A stretch of 64,000 nucleotides of DNA, from assembly GCA_021613535.1 (NCBI GenBank), contig CP075493.1, forward strand, positions 14,012,001 through 14,076,000, in the 5' to 3' direction. Below the pieces are notes generated by a model that saw nothing but the letters and a program-made list of their open reading frames with translations, ran no database searches and was not told the DNA's origin. This document shows, in pieces, positions 63,306-64,000 of the stretch. This stretch comes from Adineta vaga. Lineage: Eukaryota; Animalia; Rotifera. Positions within the stretch are counted from its first letter, which is position 1. Each line of letters opens with the position of its first letter. The translations under genes were made by a program, and so were the position numbers.

Positions 63306-63440
63306 CTAGCATTGATTTGCCGGTATCCGGTCGTCTGGGTGTGTAGGACACGGTAATAAACTCGCACCACACCCACACATTCACCACTAAAGTAGCACAA
63401 CTCAAAACTAACCGAGCTATCACACCCTCAATAGCCTTTT
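63306..63440 (-). mobile_element. Possible non-autonomous Helitron 3' end
   Basis: Minus strand: CCGG-ATA-CCGG hairpin, 10 nt, CTAG, then T; upstream GTGTGGGTGTG and TTGAGGGTGTG motifs. Confidence 0.4.
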
Positions 63441-63543
63441 TATTGAATTCACCCAGCTTACTAACATCTAGTGAGCTGGAGTCTTTCGAATTAAACAAAA
63501 AGCTACCATGCACAATAGCATCGAATTAATTAAATTCATTCTT

Positions 63544-63999
63544 TTATGCCAAGACAGGTTTCGTACATTGTCGAGGACATCCACCGCAACATTTTTGATC
63601 ACCCGGACAGTTACTATCATTGGTACATCGAGCAATGCAAATACCCATCATACCTGATGATGTTGATGGACAAAAACCTAACTTGGATGAATTGCCTTTT
63701 GGTAATTGTTGAACACGAGGACAGCAGACAGCATAGGCATCATTTGGTGCTATAGTGCAACGGTGTGTTGGTGGACATTCACGACGATTGATACCACGTC
63801 CACAAAAATAACCTTCGAGTGGAGTTTCTTCTTCGTCACATGGGCTCTTTTTGCATGCACACATTGATTGTCCATTAGCATCACGTCGGAAACCGTATGG
63901 ACAATGAATCATACACATACGAAGATTTGATTCAGATGGAGAACTAGCCACTAATGCAAATGTTGCTACTGTAGCACATAGAAGGAAAACAATATTCAA
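63544..63999 (-). CDS. Secreted protease-inhibitor-like protein: antistasin + WR1/lustrin + WAP domains (true start may lie beyond the window)
   Basis: CMIHCPYGFRRDANG..CAC; CGRG..ECPPTHRC..AVCCP; KLGFCP..GICIARCTNDSNCPGDQKCC..CTKPV. Confidence 0.85.
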   Translation of the reverse strand: MNIVFLLCATVATFALVASSPSESNLRMCMIHCPYGFRRDANGQSMCACKKSPCDEEETPLEGYFCGRGINRRECPPTHRCTIAPNDAYAVCCPRVQQLPKGNSSKLGFCPSTSSGMMGICIARCTNDSNCPGDQKCCGGCPRQCTKPVLA

Positions 64000-64000
64000 C

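Noticed and set aside
63360-63385. CCACACCCACAC as a telomerase RNA template
   Set aside because: The same motif is dispersed elsewhere in the window, and no pseudoknot or H/ACA elements could be supported.
1-64000. CRISPR arrays, rRNA, tRNA or prokaryotic operons
   Set aside because: None seen; the sequence is intron-rich eukaryotic DNA.

Overview
AT-rich (about 30% GC by eye) eukaryotic DNA with dense genes and mostly 45-70 nt spliceosomal introns. The gene content strongly suggests a bdelloid rotifer (inference): ART/TPR and NHL families, an SHFRGG integrin-beta-like protein, a CASCKA nuclear receptor, and HGT-type GH28, FkbM and fungal-like aldo-keto reductase genes. The window holds a ~6.1 kb CACTA/EnSpm (CMC) transposon with a BEN-domain accessory gene, about 30 protein-coding loci, and many genes with stops or frameshifts. 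Manual splicing shows architectures the ORF track misses. (1) An R-S-E ADP-ribosyltransferase spliced in phase to a ubiquitin-conjugating E2. (2) An HSP70 whose EEVD tail is replaced by a Ph/Scm-type SAM domain. (3) An ATPase-domain-only HSP70 with an N-myristoylation motif. (4) An EGF module in front of a STRA6-like receptor. (5) A family of small helical proteins in two head-to-head pairs. (6) A Thr stalk built from symmetric micro-exons with GC donors. All family calls come from motif recognition by eye; no database search was run.
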